Origin: an uncultured virus (IMG/VR IMGVR_UViG_2061766007_000803) | Taxonomy: Duplodnaviria > Heunggongvirae > Uroviricota > Caudoviricetes | Length of the DNA: 20,000 nt | Direction: 5' to 3' (one strand) | IMG/VR virus record: IMGVR_UViG_2061766007_000803 | In this document: one piece after another, positions 9,529-20,000 of the stretch | Numbering within the stretch: the stretch's first letter is position 1 | How the letters are laid out: each line of letters starts with the position of its first letter | Program-made: the position numbers and the translations under genes | Notes under the pieces: generated by a model | What the model was told of the DNA's origin: nothing | Databases searched by the model: none | Seen by the model: only the letters and a program-made list of their open reading frames with translations

Positions 9529-9562
9529 AGGGACTCTCGAAAGAGAGTCCCTTTATTTTTTT
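9529..9562 (+). terminator. Intrinsic terminator after the tail tube gene
   Basis: Perfect 10-bp stem AGGGACTCTC (9529-9538) / GAAA tetraloop / GAGAGTCCCT (9543-9552), followed by TTATTTTTTT. Confidence 0.9.
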
Positions 9563-9579
9563 AATAGGTGGTGATGCCT

Positions 9580-10340
9580 ATGATGGACCAGTATTTTGGT
9601 CATAAAGAATTATACGAGGTTGTTTTGCGCGCGAAAAATCCTATGCAATTCGGTGATAGATATATTGAGGCGCAAGAACCTGTATTATATTTTGATAATT
9701 TACAAATGTCTTTATTAAGTGAATAGAATCGTCCTGTGTTCGCTCGTGGTGGTTGGGCAAATATGCCTAGAGTCATTTGGGATGAGCGTAGTGAAGTTTA
9801 GTTTTAGATGATTGAAGGTGTAATGTCTTCTGTTGGTATGAGTATTCTATTAAGTTCGAATGTTCTATCAAAGTAGGAAAATTAGCCTTTATATATACAT
9901 AAAAAAGAAGGACCTTTCTCTATTGGACCGGATGGGTATGTATATTTGTAGCACTGGCCCGTAGCTCCAAATATAAAGAAAACATTTATCTTTGATTTTG
10001 ATAGAGAAGCGGTTCAAAAGAAAATTTATGGAAAATTAGTTCCAGGGATGACAGACCCTCTTGGTCAAGAATTACATTGTATTCAAATTTTTGAAGATAA
10101 AAATTGTACAATTCCAGCAGATAATAGTAGGAAATATTTAATTGATTACTACNNNNNNNNNNNNNNNNNNNNNNNNNNNNNNNNNNNNNNNNNNNNNNNN
10201 NNNNNNNNAAGATTTAATGGTCTTTTTACGCTAGAAGCGAAATTCTACTCAAAGGATGAAAATGAGGGCATAAATTATACGAATGTATTATATATGCCGA
10301 AAGTTAGGATTGTAAGTAACATTAACTTACGATTGGGAGA
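9580..10340 (+). CDS. Second, diverged tail-tube-like protein (TAG-recoded; 3' end in N gap 10341-10479)
   Basis: SD AGGTGGTGA at 9566-9574, ATG 9580. One frame with TAG at 9724, 9799, 9805, 9874, 9883 and 9949 joins track ORF 10048-. It aligns by eye with the upstream tail tube at both ends. Confidence 0.7.
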
Positions 10341-10505
10341 NNNNNNNNNNNNNNNNNNNNNNNNNNNNNNNNNNNNNNNNNNNNNNNNNNNNNNNNNNNN
10401 NNNNNNNNNNNNNNNNNNNNNNNNNNNNNNNNNNNNNNNNNNNNNNNNNNNNNNNNNNNNNNNNNNNNNNNNNNNNNNNTTATGGATTGAAAGGAGATGA
10501 GAATT

Positions 10506-13500
10506 ATGGGTCAAGCGAGCATTAATGTTGATATACTTGCTAAAGTTAAAGGCTGGCAAGAAGAATTAAACAAATTAAAAGCTGCCGCTAGTAAAATTGA
10601 CATTGGCTCTAGTTTTGGAAAATAGTTTGCANNNNNNNNNNNNNNNNNNNNNNNNNNNNNNNNNNNNNNNNNNNNNNNNNNNNNNNNNNNNNNNNNNNNN
10701 NNNNNNNNNNNNNNNNNNNNNNNNNNNNNNNNNNNNNNNNNNNNNNNNNNNNNNNNNNNNNNNNNNNNNNNNNNNNNNNNNNNNNNNNNNNNNNNNNNNN
10801 NNNNNNNNNNNNNNNNNNNNNNNNNNNNNNNNNNNNNNNNNNNNNNNNNNNNNNNNNNNNNNNNNNNNNNNNNNNNNNNNNNNNNNNNNNNNNNNNNNNN
10901 NNNNNNNNNNNNNNNNNNNNNNNNNNNNNNNNNNNNNNNNNNNNNNNNNNNNNNNNNNNNNNNNNNNNNNNNNNNNNNNNNNNNNNNNNNNNNNNNNNNN
11001 NNNNNNNNNNNNNNNNNNNNNNNNNNNNNNNNNNNNNNNNNNNNNNNNNNNNNNNNNNNNNNNNNNNNNNNNNNNNNNNNNNNNNNNNNNNNNNNNNNNN
11101 NNNNNNNNNNNNNNNNNNNNNNNNNNNNNNNNNNNNNNNNNNNNNNNNNNNNNNNNNNNNNNNNNNNNNNNNNNNNNNNNNNNNNNNNNNNNNNNNNNNN
11201 NNNNNNNNNNNNNNNNNNNNNNNNNNNNNNNNNNNNNNNNNNNNNNNNNNNNNNNNNAATGAATTTGTTACTAACAATCTTGCTACTTTAAATGATGCAA
11301 GAAATCGTTTACAAGAATCTATAAGACAGCTTTATCCCGAATCAGACGCAGCAAAATTAGCAGAAAATTTTGTTAATGCTGTAAAAAATGGTAATTGGGA
11401 AGAAGGAAAGTAGGCTTTATAGGAAAAGTTAGGCGAGTATAAAATTGCTATTGATGGCAGAAAAGCAGAAATAGAAACTTCTTTAAAAGAAATTACTGAT
11501 TTAATTAATAATACTCGCTCTGATATGCAAGCAAAACAATATACTCAGGGCGTTACTAGAGAGGCTCTTGAAAAAGATTGGCCTGAATTAGTTAGATAGT
11601 TAACTGAGCAAAATAAGAACTTAGATGATAGAGTTAAGAAATTAGAAGCTGAACTCGCATAGAAAGTTAGCGGAATGGTTTCTGATGTAAGAGCCACTGG
11701 CGTAAATACAATGCAATAGTCAAAAGCAGCTCTTATGGAAAATGCTAATGCCGCGAAAGTATATAGAACTGAATTAGAAACAGTATAGGCAAGAGAACAA
11801 TTAGTTGGAAAAGTTCAAGGGGTTGTACAACGCTGGTTTAGTATTTATGCCGCAGTTCGTATGGTTTCTAATGCAATTAGGTCTATTATTTCTACTGTAA
11901 AAGAATTAGATGCAACAATTACAGAAATTGCAATTGTTACTAAGATGGATTAGAATTAGTTATGGGGCCAAATGGATACTTATACTTCTATGGCTCGAGC
12001 ATACGCTGCATCTATTTCTGGTGTATATAAAGTTTCTCAGTTATACTATCAACAGGGTTNNNNNNNNNNNNNNNNNNNNNNNNNNNNNNNTTAACTGAGC
12101 AAACATTAAAAATGGCTCGTATTTCTGGTTTGGATTATGCACAAGCAACTGACTATATGACGAACGCAGTTCGTTCTTTCAAACTAGAAATGACAGATGC
12201 TCAAAGTGTTGTAGATACATATTCAGCTATCGCGGCAAAATCTGCTACAAGCGTAACTGAATTAGCAACCGCTATGAGTAAAACTGCTTCATCTGCACAA
12301 TCTGTGGGCGCAAGTTTACAGAGCACTACTGCAATGATGGCAGTAATGATTGAAGCTACTCGTGAATCTCCAGAGAATATCGGTTCTGCTATGAAATCTA
12401 TTATTTCTCGTTATGGTGAATTAAAAGAGAATAAAACCGGTATAGATGCTGAAGGTGAAGAATATAATTTAAACAAAGTTGATAAGGCATTACAAACTGT
12501 TGGTTTAAGTATTCATGATGTAAATGGTGAATTCCGTGATTTTGATGACGTTATTATGGAATTAGCAGAAAAATGGGATACTATTGATAAGAATACATAG
12601 CGTTACATTGCTACTATTATGGCTGGTAACAGACAACAGTCTCGTTTCTTAGCATTGGTATCTTCTTATGACCGTTTAAAGGAATTAACTGCTGAAGCCG
12701 CGGATTCTGAAGATGCATCACAATTACAGTTCTTAAAAACACTTGATTCTGTAGCAGCAAAGACTCAATAGCTACAAACAAGTTTACAATCTTTATATGT
12801 AGATACAGGAATTGAAAAATTATATAAGGGATTATTAGATACAATTAATAATATAGTAGTATCTCTTACTAACTTACCAACAGTAATGGATTTACCAATT
12901 CCTGCTATTACTAAGATAGCTACAACCTTTATGAGTTTAGCAAACATAGTTACAACTATGTTTGGAATTATAAAGGCTTCCGTAAGCGCGAGATTAAAAT
13001 AGCTTTCTCAAGAAACTATCGCTGGCGTAGAAGAAACTGTCGGCACTAGTAATACGGCCTATCAATAGGATGTTGATAATTTTACTACAGCAGCACAGAG
13101 AAAAGTAGAAGTTGAAAAATAGGCTTAGGAATAGATTAGAGAAGCCAGATAGGGCAGTAATGTAGATCCGTCTACAATTGGTGGAGGCTCTGGAGGAAAA
13201 GGTGCCAGTGGAAAAGTAAAAGTTACTAGAACTATGGCATTAACAGGAGTTGCATTAAATCTCGCGGGGTTAGCTTTATAGACCGCTGCTGATAAAAAAG
13301 ATGAGCGAACTAAAGCAAACAGATAGTCAAAAGCCGCTTTAACAGGGATTAGTAATCTACTTTAGGGTGCGGGCTTAGGATTATCTATTGGTGGAATAAA
13401 GGGCGCTGCGATTGGTGCTGGTTTAGGTATACTTAAAGGTGCAATTGAAGCAATTGGTATTGCCACTGAAACTGTAAAAGAAAAAGTTGATAATTTATCA

Positions 13501-16500
13501 CATTCAATAGAAGAAGCCGGTAACAAGAGAATACAATCTAAGGCTGAGTTAAAAACTTTAGAAGAATATAAAGCTAGATATGATGAGTTAAATAAAGCTT
13601 AGTATGAAAGTGCAGAAAAGAAACAAGAATTTATTAGTTTATAGAATGAAATTGCCGCGACTTATCCAGAATTAATTCAAAGAATGACAGAAGAGGGCAA
13701 TTATGTTGTAAACATGACAGAAAGCTATAAACGTCTTGTTGAAGCTAAGCGTGAAGCATATAAAGCCGATTTAATTGAATCCATTTCTGCTGAAGTAACT
13801 GGTTTAAGTGATGTTGATTATATTTTAAAAAGTCTTTATGGACATACATCTTTAGAGTCTAAAAAGAACTTTATTGGTTGGGAAACTGATAATTATGAAA
13901 AATTACTTAATATGGATTACAGTTCTCCTGTACTTACTAAATATTCTGAAATATTTGATGCATTTTCAGATAGAACACAATATAAAGATTATAATACAGC
14001 TAGACGTTTATTTAATGGTAATAATTATTTTAATTCTAATACTCCATTAACTTTTGATTTTATAGGCGGNNNNNNNNNNNNNNNNNNNNNNNNNNNNNNN
14101 NNNNNNNNNNNNATATATAGAATTTGTTAGAGCAATGAAAGAAGGTTTAGATTTAAATTCCGCAAAAACTTAGGTTCGCAATCAATTTGGTGAAAAATAC
14201 GAAGAATTAATTAATAATTTTGATGTATAGTTCTATAAAGAATTATAGCTAAGATATTTAGTTCCAAAGTTTTAGGATACTTTGACCACGAACGCTTTAA
14301 GTTCTTATGCAACAGAATATGTACATATTTTAGCTGNNNNNNNNNNNNNNNNNNNNNNNNNNNNNNNNNNNNNNNNNNNNNNNNNNNNNNNNNNNNNNNN
14401 NNTCTGAATGGAACTCTGAGTTTAGCGCGAAGTATTTGGCGGCAAAGGATGAAGATGAAAGAAAGTAGATACTTCAAGATTTCTTTACTAGCCATGAAGA
14501 AGTTTGGGCACAAACTNNNNNNNNNNNNNNNNNNNNNNNNNNNNNNNNNNNNNNNNNNNNNNNNNNNNNNNNNNNNNNNNNNNNNNNNNNNNNNNNNNNN
14601 NNNNNNNNNNNNNNNNNNNNNNNNNAAATTGGAAAGTAAATGAAGTAGAAAAAACAAGAAAAGAATTCTTTGATAGTATTTTTGAAAATGATTACAAAGA
14701 TATAATTAATACTTATAAAAACTGGATATCACAAGAAGATACTTCACAATATGGAGCTAAAGATTATTCTAATGTATTTGGGCCAGACTTNNNNNNNNNN
14801 NNNNNNNNNNNNNNNNNNNNNNNNNNNNNNNNNNNNNNNNNNNNNNNNNNNNNNNNNNNNNNNNNNNNNNNNNNNNNNNNNNNNNNNNNNNNNNNNNNNN
14901 NNNNNNNNNNNNNNNNNNNNNNNNNNNNNNNNNNNNNNNNNNNNNNNNNNNNNNNNNNNNNNNNNNNNNNNNNNNATTAGACTATTATTGGAAATAGTAA
15001 TTTATCAGATTCCTTAAAGAAAGAATAGGTTAAAGGTTTAAATAATATATATGATATTATTGCTAGTGATGCATTGAATANNNNNNNNNNNNNNNNNNNN
15101 NNNNNNNNNNNNNNNNNNNNNNNNNNNNNNNNNNNNNNNNNNNNNNNNNNNNNNATTGACTCTTTAAGTGGGGTTGAAGGATTAAATTTAGATACAGCTG
15201 GTCTTACTGATGCTATTCTCAATTTTAGAAAATATCTTTATGTAAATATTAATACAGAAATAGAAAATATTATTAATACTTATACTTCAAATATTTCTGA
15301 TTTAGAAAAAGATATTTCTTCTGCTGTTAATGGCATGGATTTTAAATCTGCTTCTGAAATGGCAAATAAAATAGGAAAGCCATTATCTGAATTTAGATTT
15401 TATGCTGGAAAATNNNNNNNNNNNNNNNNNNNNNNNNNATTATAGAATATTATGAAAGTCAAAATAAAGATTATTTAAATGATTTAAACACAGAATTTTC
15501 TACCGTTAAAGATAAATTTGCTTCATTAAATGTAAGTAAACGAGTAGTANNNNNNNNNNNNNNNNNNNNNNNNNNNNNNNNNNNNNNNNNNNNNNNNNNN
15601 NNNNNNNNNNNNNNNNNNNNNNNNNAAATAGAAGCAGCAGGATTAACCGTATAGCAATTAAAAAGTGTATATTATACCGCACGTAATGCTACTTATAATA
15701 GTTAGGGTCATTATGACGAAAAGAAAACTATTGAAAATTTTAATCAAAGATTATTAGAACTACTAGAAAATTCTCCTAAAATTGAAGAAATATCTTCATT
15801 AAGTATTGATGATTTAATTGAGGTAAATAAAACTGAGCAAGAATTAAAAGATGCCCTTTCTAAGGAAGATACCGCGAAACGTTTAGTTGATGCTGGTTTA
15901 ACTATTGACTAGGTATTATTCTATGCTCAAGAATATCGTAATCGTGCAGAAGAGGATATTAATAAATCTTTTATTGAATGGCTAGGAGATTATTTACAAC
16001 AATTATGGAATTCTACTGTAGCAGAAACAGATAAATACACATAGTATTTATCTGCTAGTTCTATGTTATCTTCTGGTAATATTAGTGGTTTCGTTGATAA
16101 AACTTGGGGAGAGCAAAGAAAGAAGCAAATTCGTGCAAATATAGAACATAGCGCACATTGGAATAATGCTACAATAGAATAGATTAATGAAGAAGTTGAG
16201 CGACAATATAATGAATTACCAGAAAGACAAAATTTAATTGAAGCAATTAGTCGTGGTGNNNNNNNNNNNNNNNNNNNNNNNNCTGAATTAATTTATAATA
16301 CATATAAAGATGTAGCTTCTAATATTTTTACTTCTTTAGTCGATGGAATTAATAATGGCGATACACAAATAATTGTTAATGATAAGAATAAAAATATTTT
16401 AGACAAGATGCGTCAAGATGGGTTTGTTATTGGTGGTACTGAAGGAGAACTCAAAGAAGGCGATATTGTATAGATTGCATCTGAAGTATTAAATGGGACT

Positions 16501-19500
16501 AAATCTTTAAATGAGTGGATTAATGAAGTATATACAAATGAATCCGAACGTTTAAAGGCTATATAGGAATATCACGCGGCTATTACAGGCTCCAAATATA
16601 CTTAGATAACATCCTTAATGGATAATGATTAGACGGTAGAATTTAATGATTTTACAAATTATTTAAGTACTTCTGGAATTTTAAGTAGTAATTAGTTATT
16701 TACTAATGATAATAAGATTAGCCAAGAACTCAAGGATAATTTAGATAAGTATGGTTTAAAATATAATGAAGCAGCTGGTAATTTCATTATTGAAAACGAA
16801 GAGAAATATTTACAATCATTAATAGATGATTTAGGTACTCTTAACAATTCTAATTCTACTCTTGAATAGCGTAATGAATTACGCGCAAGGATTTCTAAAA
16901 TAAAGCATANNNNNNNNNNNNNNNNNNNNNNNNNNNNNNNNNNNNNNNNNNNNNNNNNNNNNNNNNNNNNNNNNNNNNNNNNNNNNNNNNNNNNNNNNNN
17001 NNNNNNGCACGAGTAAACTTAGTCTTCAATATTTTAATGATTTACTAAATGAATCAAATCTTTCTGATACTACTCGTGCAGTGATAGAAGAACTACTTAG
17101 CGGAATTTTAGATGATTATCTTAGCGGTATTTCTAATGCTGCAGGATATACAGTTAATGGCACCAAAAAAATATCTGATATGCAAAAGTTCATTAATGAA
17201 TATAATGAACATAATGAACATATATCAGTTGCAGATGCATTTAAATGGGATGAAATTTTAGATAGCTGGACATTAAAACCAGAATATCTAAAAGCATATT
17301 TAAATTCTCAACGAGAAGCACTGATTTCTGAAGGATTTGATGAAAATTATATTAATAGTTATATTTATTCAGAAATTGAGTCTATCAAGAATAATGTCGA
17401 TATTTCTGGTTTCTTATCTGCAGAACCAAGCGCACAATCTCGTCGTACATTAGAAAACGCAATGAAAGCCGCTCTTGCTGTAAGCACCGAGTTTACACAA
17501 GAAATTATTAATGCACAAGTAGAAACTGATATTCATGCTCTTGAGTCTGGCGGCGAAGNNNNNNNNNNNNNNNNNNNNNNNNNNNNNNNNNNNCGTATCA
17601 TTACTACTGAAGAAATTGAAAATGCTTTCTATCATGCCGCGAATGTACTTCAAGATGCTTTAAGTTCTTTAGGAAGTATTACTGTAGGACAAATTACTAC
17701 CGGTAAATTAAAAGAACATTTAGCAAAAGCAGGAATGATAGACGCAGATGGCGTTATTACTTCTGTAAAAGAAATGGTAGCTGTTTATGCAAGTATTTAT
17801 GAAGAAATGAAAAATACTGCAGGAACTACTACAGCTGATTTAAATAGTGCTTTTGCAGAAATATTAACAGCACAAGATAAGCAACGTACAGATGCTTTAG
17901 ATACTTTAGAAAACGCTTCTGGTATGACGTATGATGCTTTCGCTGAGTTATTAACATCTTATAATTTAAGTTTTGAGGAAGTTTTAACTTAGGCACAAAG
18001 TTATGGAGTACAAACAACCGGTTTTGGAAAGATTCGCATTGTTGATTTTAAACAATTTGCAAGTATGATGGGCTGGGATATTAATAGTCCAGAATATGCT
18101 GAAGCTTATAATAATTGGGTTAATAGCATGACTGAACTACAAAACCAACCTATTACATTAATGCAAAATGCAACAGAACAATTATCTGGAATTCTTGAAG
18201 CAAAACCAAATCAAAGAATGAATGTATCTTATTTAGAAAGAACATTCAATCTTATTGGAGAAGATTTAGGAGCCATTGTTGGAAAATATGGTGCAGAATT
18301 ACACAATGGTATTTTAACTGTTTCTGAAAATACAGATATTCCTAATCTTGTTGCTGAAATCGCTAATGTCGCCGCGGAAGCTGGAGCAATAATTCCAGAA
18401 GAACTTGCAAAATTAGCAGATGCGGTTAAAGAAACACTTGCTTCTATTGTTTCTTTACTTTCTGGTGGTTTAAGCGGTAATTTAGATAATGCTCAAAAGC
18501 AATAGTTAAGTGAATGGGCAAGTCTTCATGGAATAGAAAGATTAACATTCACTGAAACCGCAGAAGGATTTAAACTCGCTAATGGTTCTGCAATTGAATT
18601 GGTACAGAAAGTTCGTGAATTAGACGCTTTACAAGGTGAAGTTGCATTTGGTCACCTTAAAGATAATTTAATCGCAACTGAAGATATTTTTGCTACTGTA
18701 ACAAGTCAAGCTGCAGATTTAGCAGATTTACAAGCATTTGTAGATTATGAAAAGTTTAAAAAAGAGATAATTCAAAATAGTAATAAGGTTGAATTATTTG
18801 ATGAATTACAAGCAAAAGGTAATGTTTAGAATCTATATAACCGTAAACGTATTAATAATGCAGACGGTTCATATTCTACACTATTAACCACAACTTTAGA
18901 TTCCCGTAATTTTGAAACGGATGTTCCTTGGATAATGAACATTACGCCAATTACAGAGGATGGAAAAATATTATCTGAAGAAGAATTAAGTAATTATGTT
19001 AAAGAATTAATTGAGGGTACAAACGGCAAGTTAGAGTCTGTAATGAAAGCTGATAAAGAAGGTTTAAGTTTAATTCTTGAAATGGCTGANNNNNNNNNNN
19101 NNNNNNNNNNNNNNNNNNNNNNNNNNNNNNNNNNNNNNNNNNNNNNNNNNNTAGTGAAGCTTATGAAGCTGTTAAGGCTGGCGAAACCTATGATGATACT
19201 AAGATACAGCAATATGAAGAAGAATTAAGACTAAATCAAGAAATTCTTGCATTACGTTCTACTTCACAAGATAGTACATTTAGCTTCATGTCTAATAAGA
19301 TACCTGGAGCACAAAATAATCCTATTAATTATATGGAAAATTGGTTTAGCGCGATGTCTACTATTGATGATTCCGTTAAATCTGGCTGGATGGATTATAG
19401 TAATTTCTATAATATCATTACAGCAATGGGAGAATTATCAAAGATAACAGGCGAAGCAATTCCAATTGGTACAGATATTGCAGTTAATAGTGAAAACGTT

Positions 19501-20000
19501 GCTCAACTTATCGAACAAGCAGCCGGTTATATGAAAATTGATGCCAGTGATGGAAAGTATAAGATTAATTTATCTGGACTTTCTCAAATGGGTATTGATT
19601 TTGCGGCTGCGGGTGTAGATATGAAGGGTAATGTCACCGAGGGTATACATGATTATGCATAGGCTCAAGTTGAAATGCTTGATGGTATGATTCAAGTACT
19701 TGAAACTATTGTAGCTATGTAGAAACTTGGTGAGATTACAGGTGCCGACAATAAGATTGATATGACTGATTTATTCCCAGAATTTAATATGGATGATGAG
19801 AATGAAAAGCATATCATGAATAATGAAAAAGCAATAAAATGGGCAGAAGAGTTATTAAGTTCATAGANNNNNNNNNNNNNNNNNNNNNNNNNNTATAGAA
19901 TATCAAAATAAACGGACTATCATTACATGATTTACTAACAGATGCAATAACTGAAGGTAAGGGTCTTAATGAAGAAAATGCGAGATTATTGTCAATAGCG
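10506..20000 (+). CDS. Giant tail tape measure protein (TP901-type core; >3,100 codons; TAG-recoded; 3' truncated by window)
   Basis: SD AAGGAG at 10491-10496, ATG 10506 (MGQASINVDILAK). Every ungapped segment has one + frame interrupted only by TAG (~47 by hand count), with no TAA/TGA. Tape-measure core motifs at ~11890-12700 include VKELDATITEIAIVT, YYQQG, ATRESPENIGSAMKSIISR and DKNT(TAG)RYIATIMAGNRQQSRFLAL. A gene boundary hidden in an N gap cannot be excluded. Confidence 0.85.

Noticed and set aside
15628..15925. Possible internal repeat in the tape measure (IEAAGLTVQQL vs LVDAGLTIDQV)
   Set aside because: It is too short and degenerate to support without a computed self-alignment.
9..19212. 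Minus-strand ORFs in the track (e.g. 1027-1362, 2367-2684, 2413-2661, 9018-9293, 12617-12947)
   Set aside because: They are antisense shadows of real + strand genes or of the EPAAE repeat, or are mostly Ns, and have no recognisable protein features.
43..19447. Alternate-frame + strand ORFs (43-267, 2142-2363, 2497-2688, 11910-12098, 19247-19447)
   Set aside because: They overlap better-supported genes in another frame and lack SD sites or protein-like features.
2440..19893. Apparent frame changes (e.g. at 2440, 3195, 3734, 6919, 7939, 12060, 14070) as programmed frameshifts
   Set aside because: Each coincides with an N run of inexact length, so they are assembly artefacts.
203..20000. Interpreting the fragmented ORFs as pseudogenes of a decayed prophage
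   Set aside because: Interruptions are exclusively TAG, frames are preserved across them, and SD sites, true stops and terminators are intact. Random decay would also create TAA/TGA stops and frameshifts.
1..20000. Suppressor tRNA, release factor, tail sheath, intron or homing endonuclease in this window
   Set aside because: No intergenic space, cloverleaf or matching protein motif was seen in the sequenced bases. Content of the N gaps is unknown.

Overview
The window is the virion morphogenesis module of a large, AT-rich, tailed dsDNA phage (Caudoviricetes, probably siphovirus-like). Strong GGAGG Shine-Dalgarno (SD) sites point to a Firmicutes host. All genes are on the + strand and tightly packed: terminase large subunit (3' end), portal, prohead protease/scaffold, decoration-like protein, major capsid, six head-completion/neck/tail-completion type genes, major tail tube, a second diverged tail-tube paralog, and a giant tape-measure gene (>9.4 kb) that runs off the window. 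The supplied ORF track is fragmented because this phage does not use the standard code here. TAG is a sense codon, most likely Gln (translation table 15). I hand-counted about 74 in-frame TAGs, and all 11 visible true stops are TAA or TGA. The recoding is stratified. Genes for high-copy virion proteins (scaffold, decoration, capsid, tail tube) have no TAG, keep CAG, and in the capsid and tube prefer the unusual Leu codon CTA. Low-copy genes are full of TAG. Many N gaps have inexact lengths, so frame changes across them are not interpretable. No tRNA, CRISPR array or mobile element was seen. Product calls rest on motif recall and gene order, not database searches.
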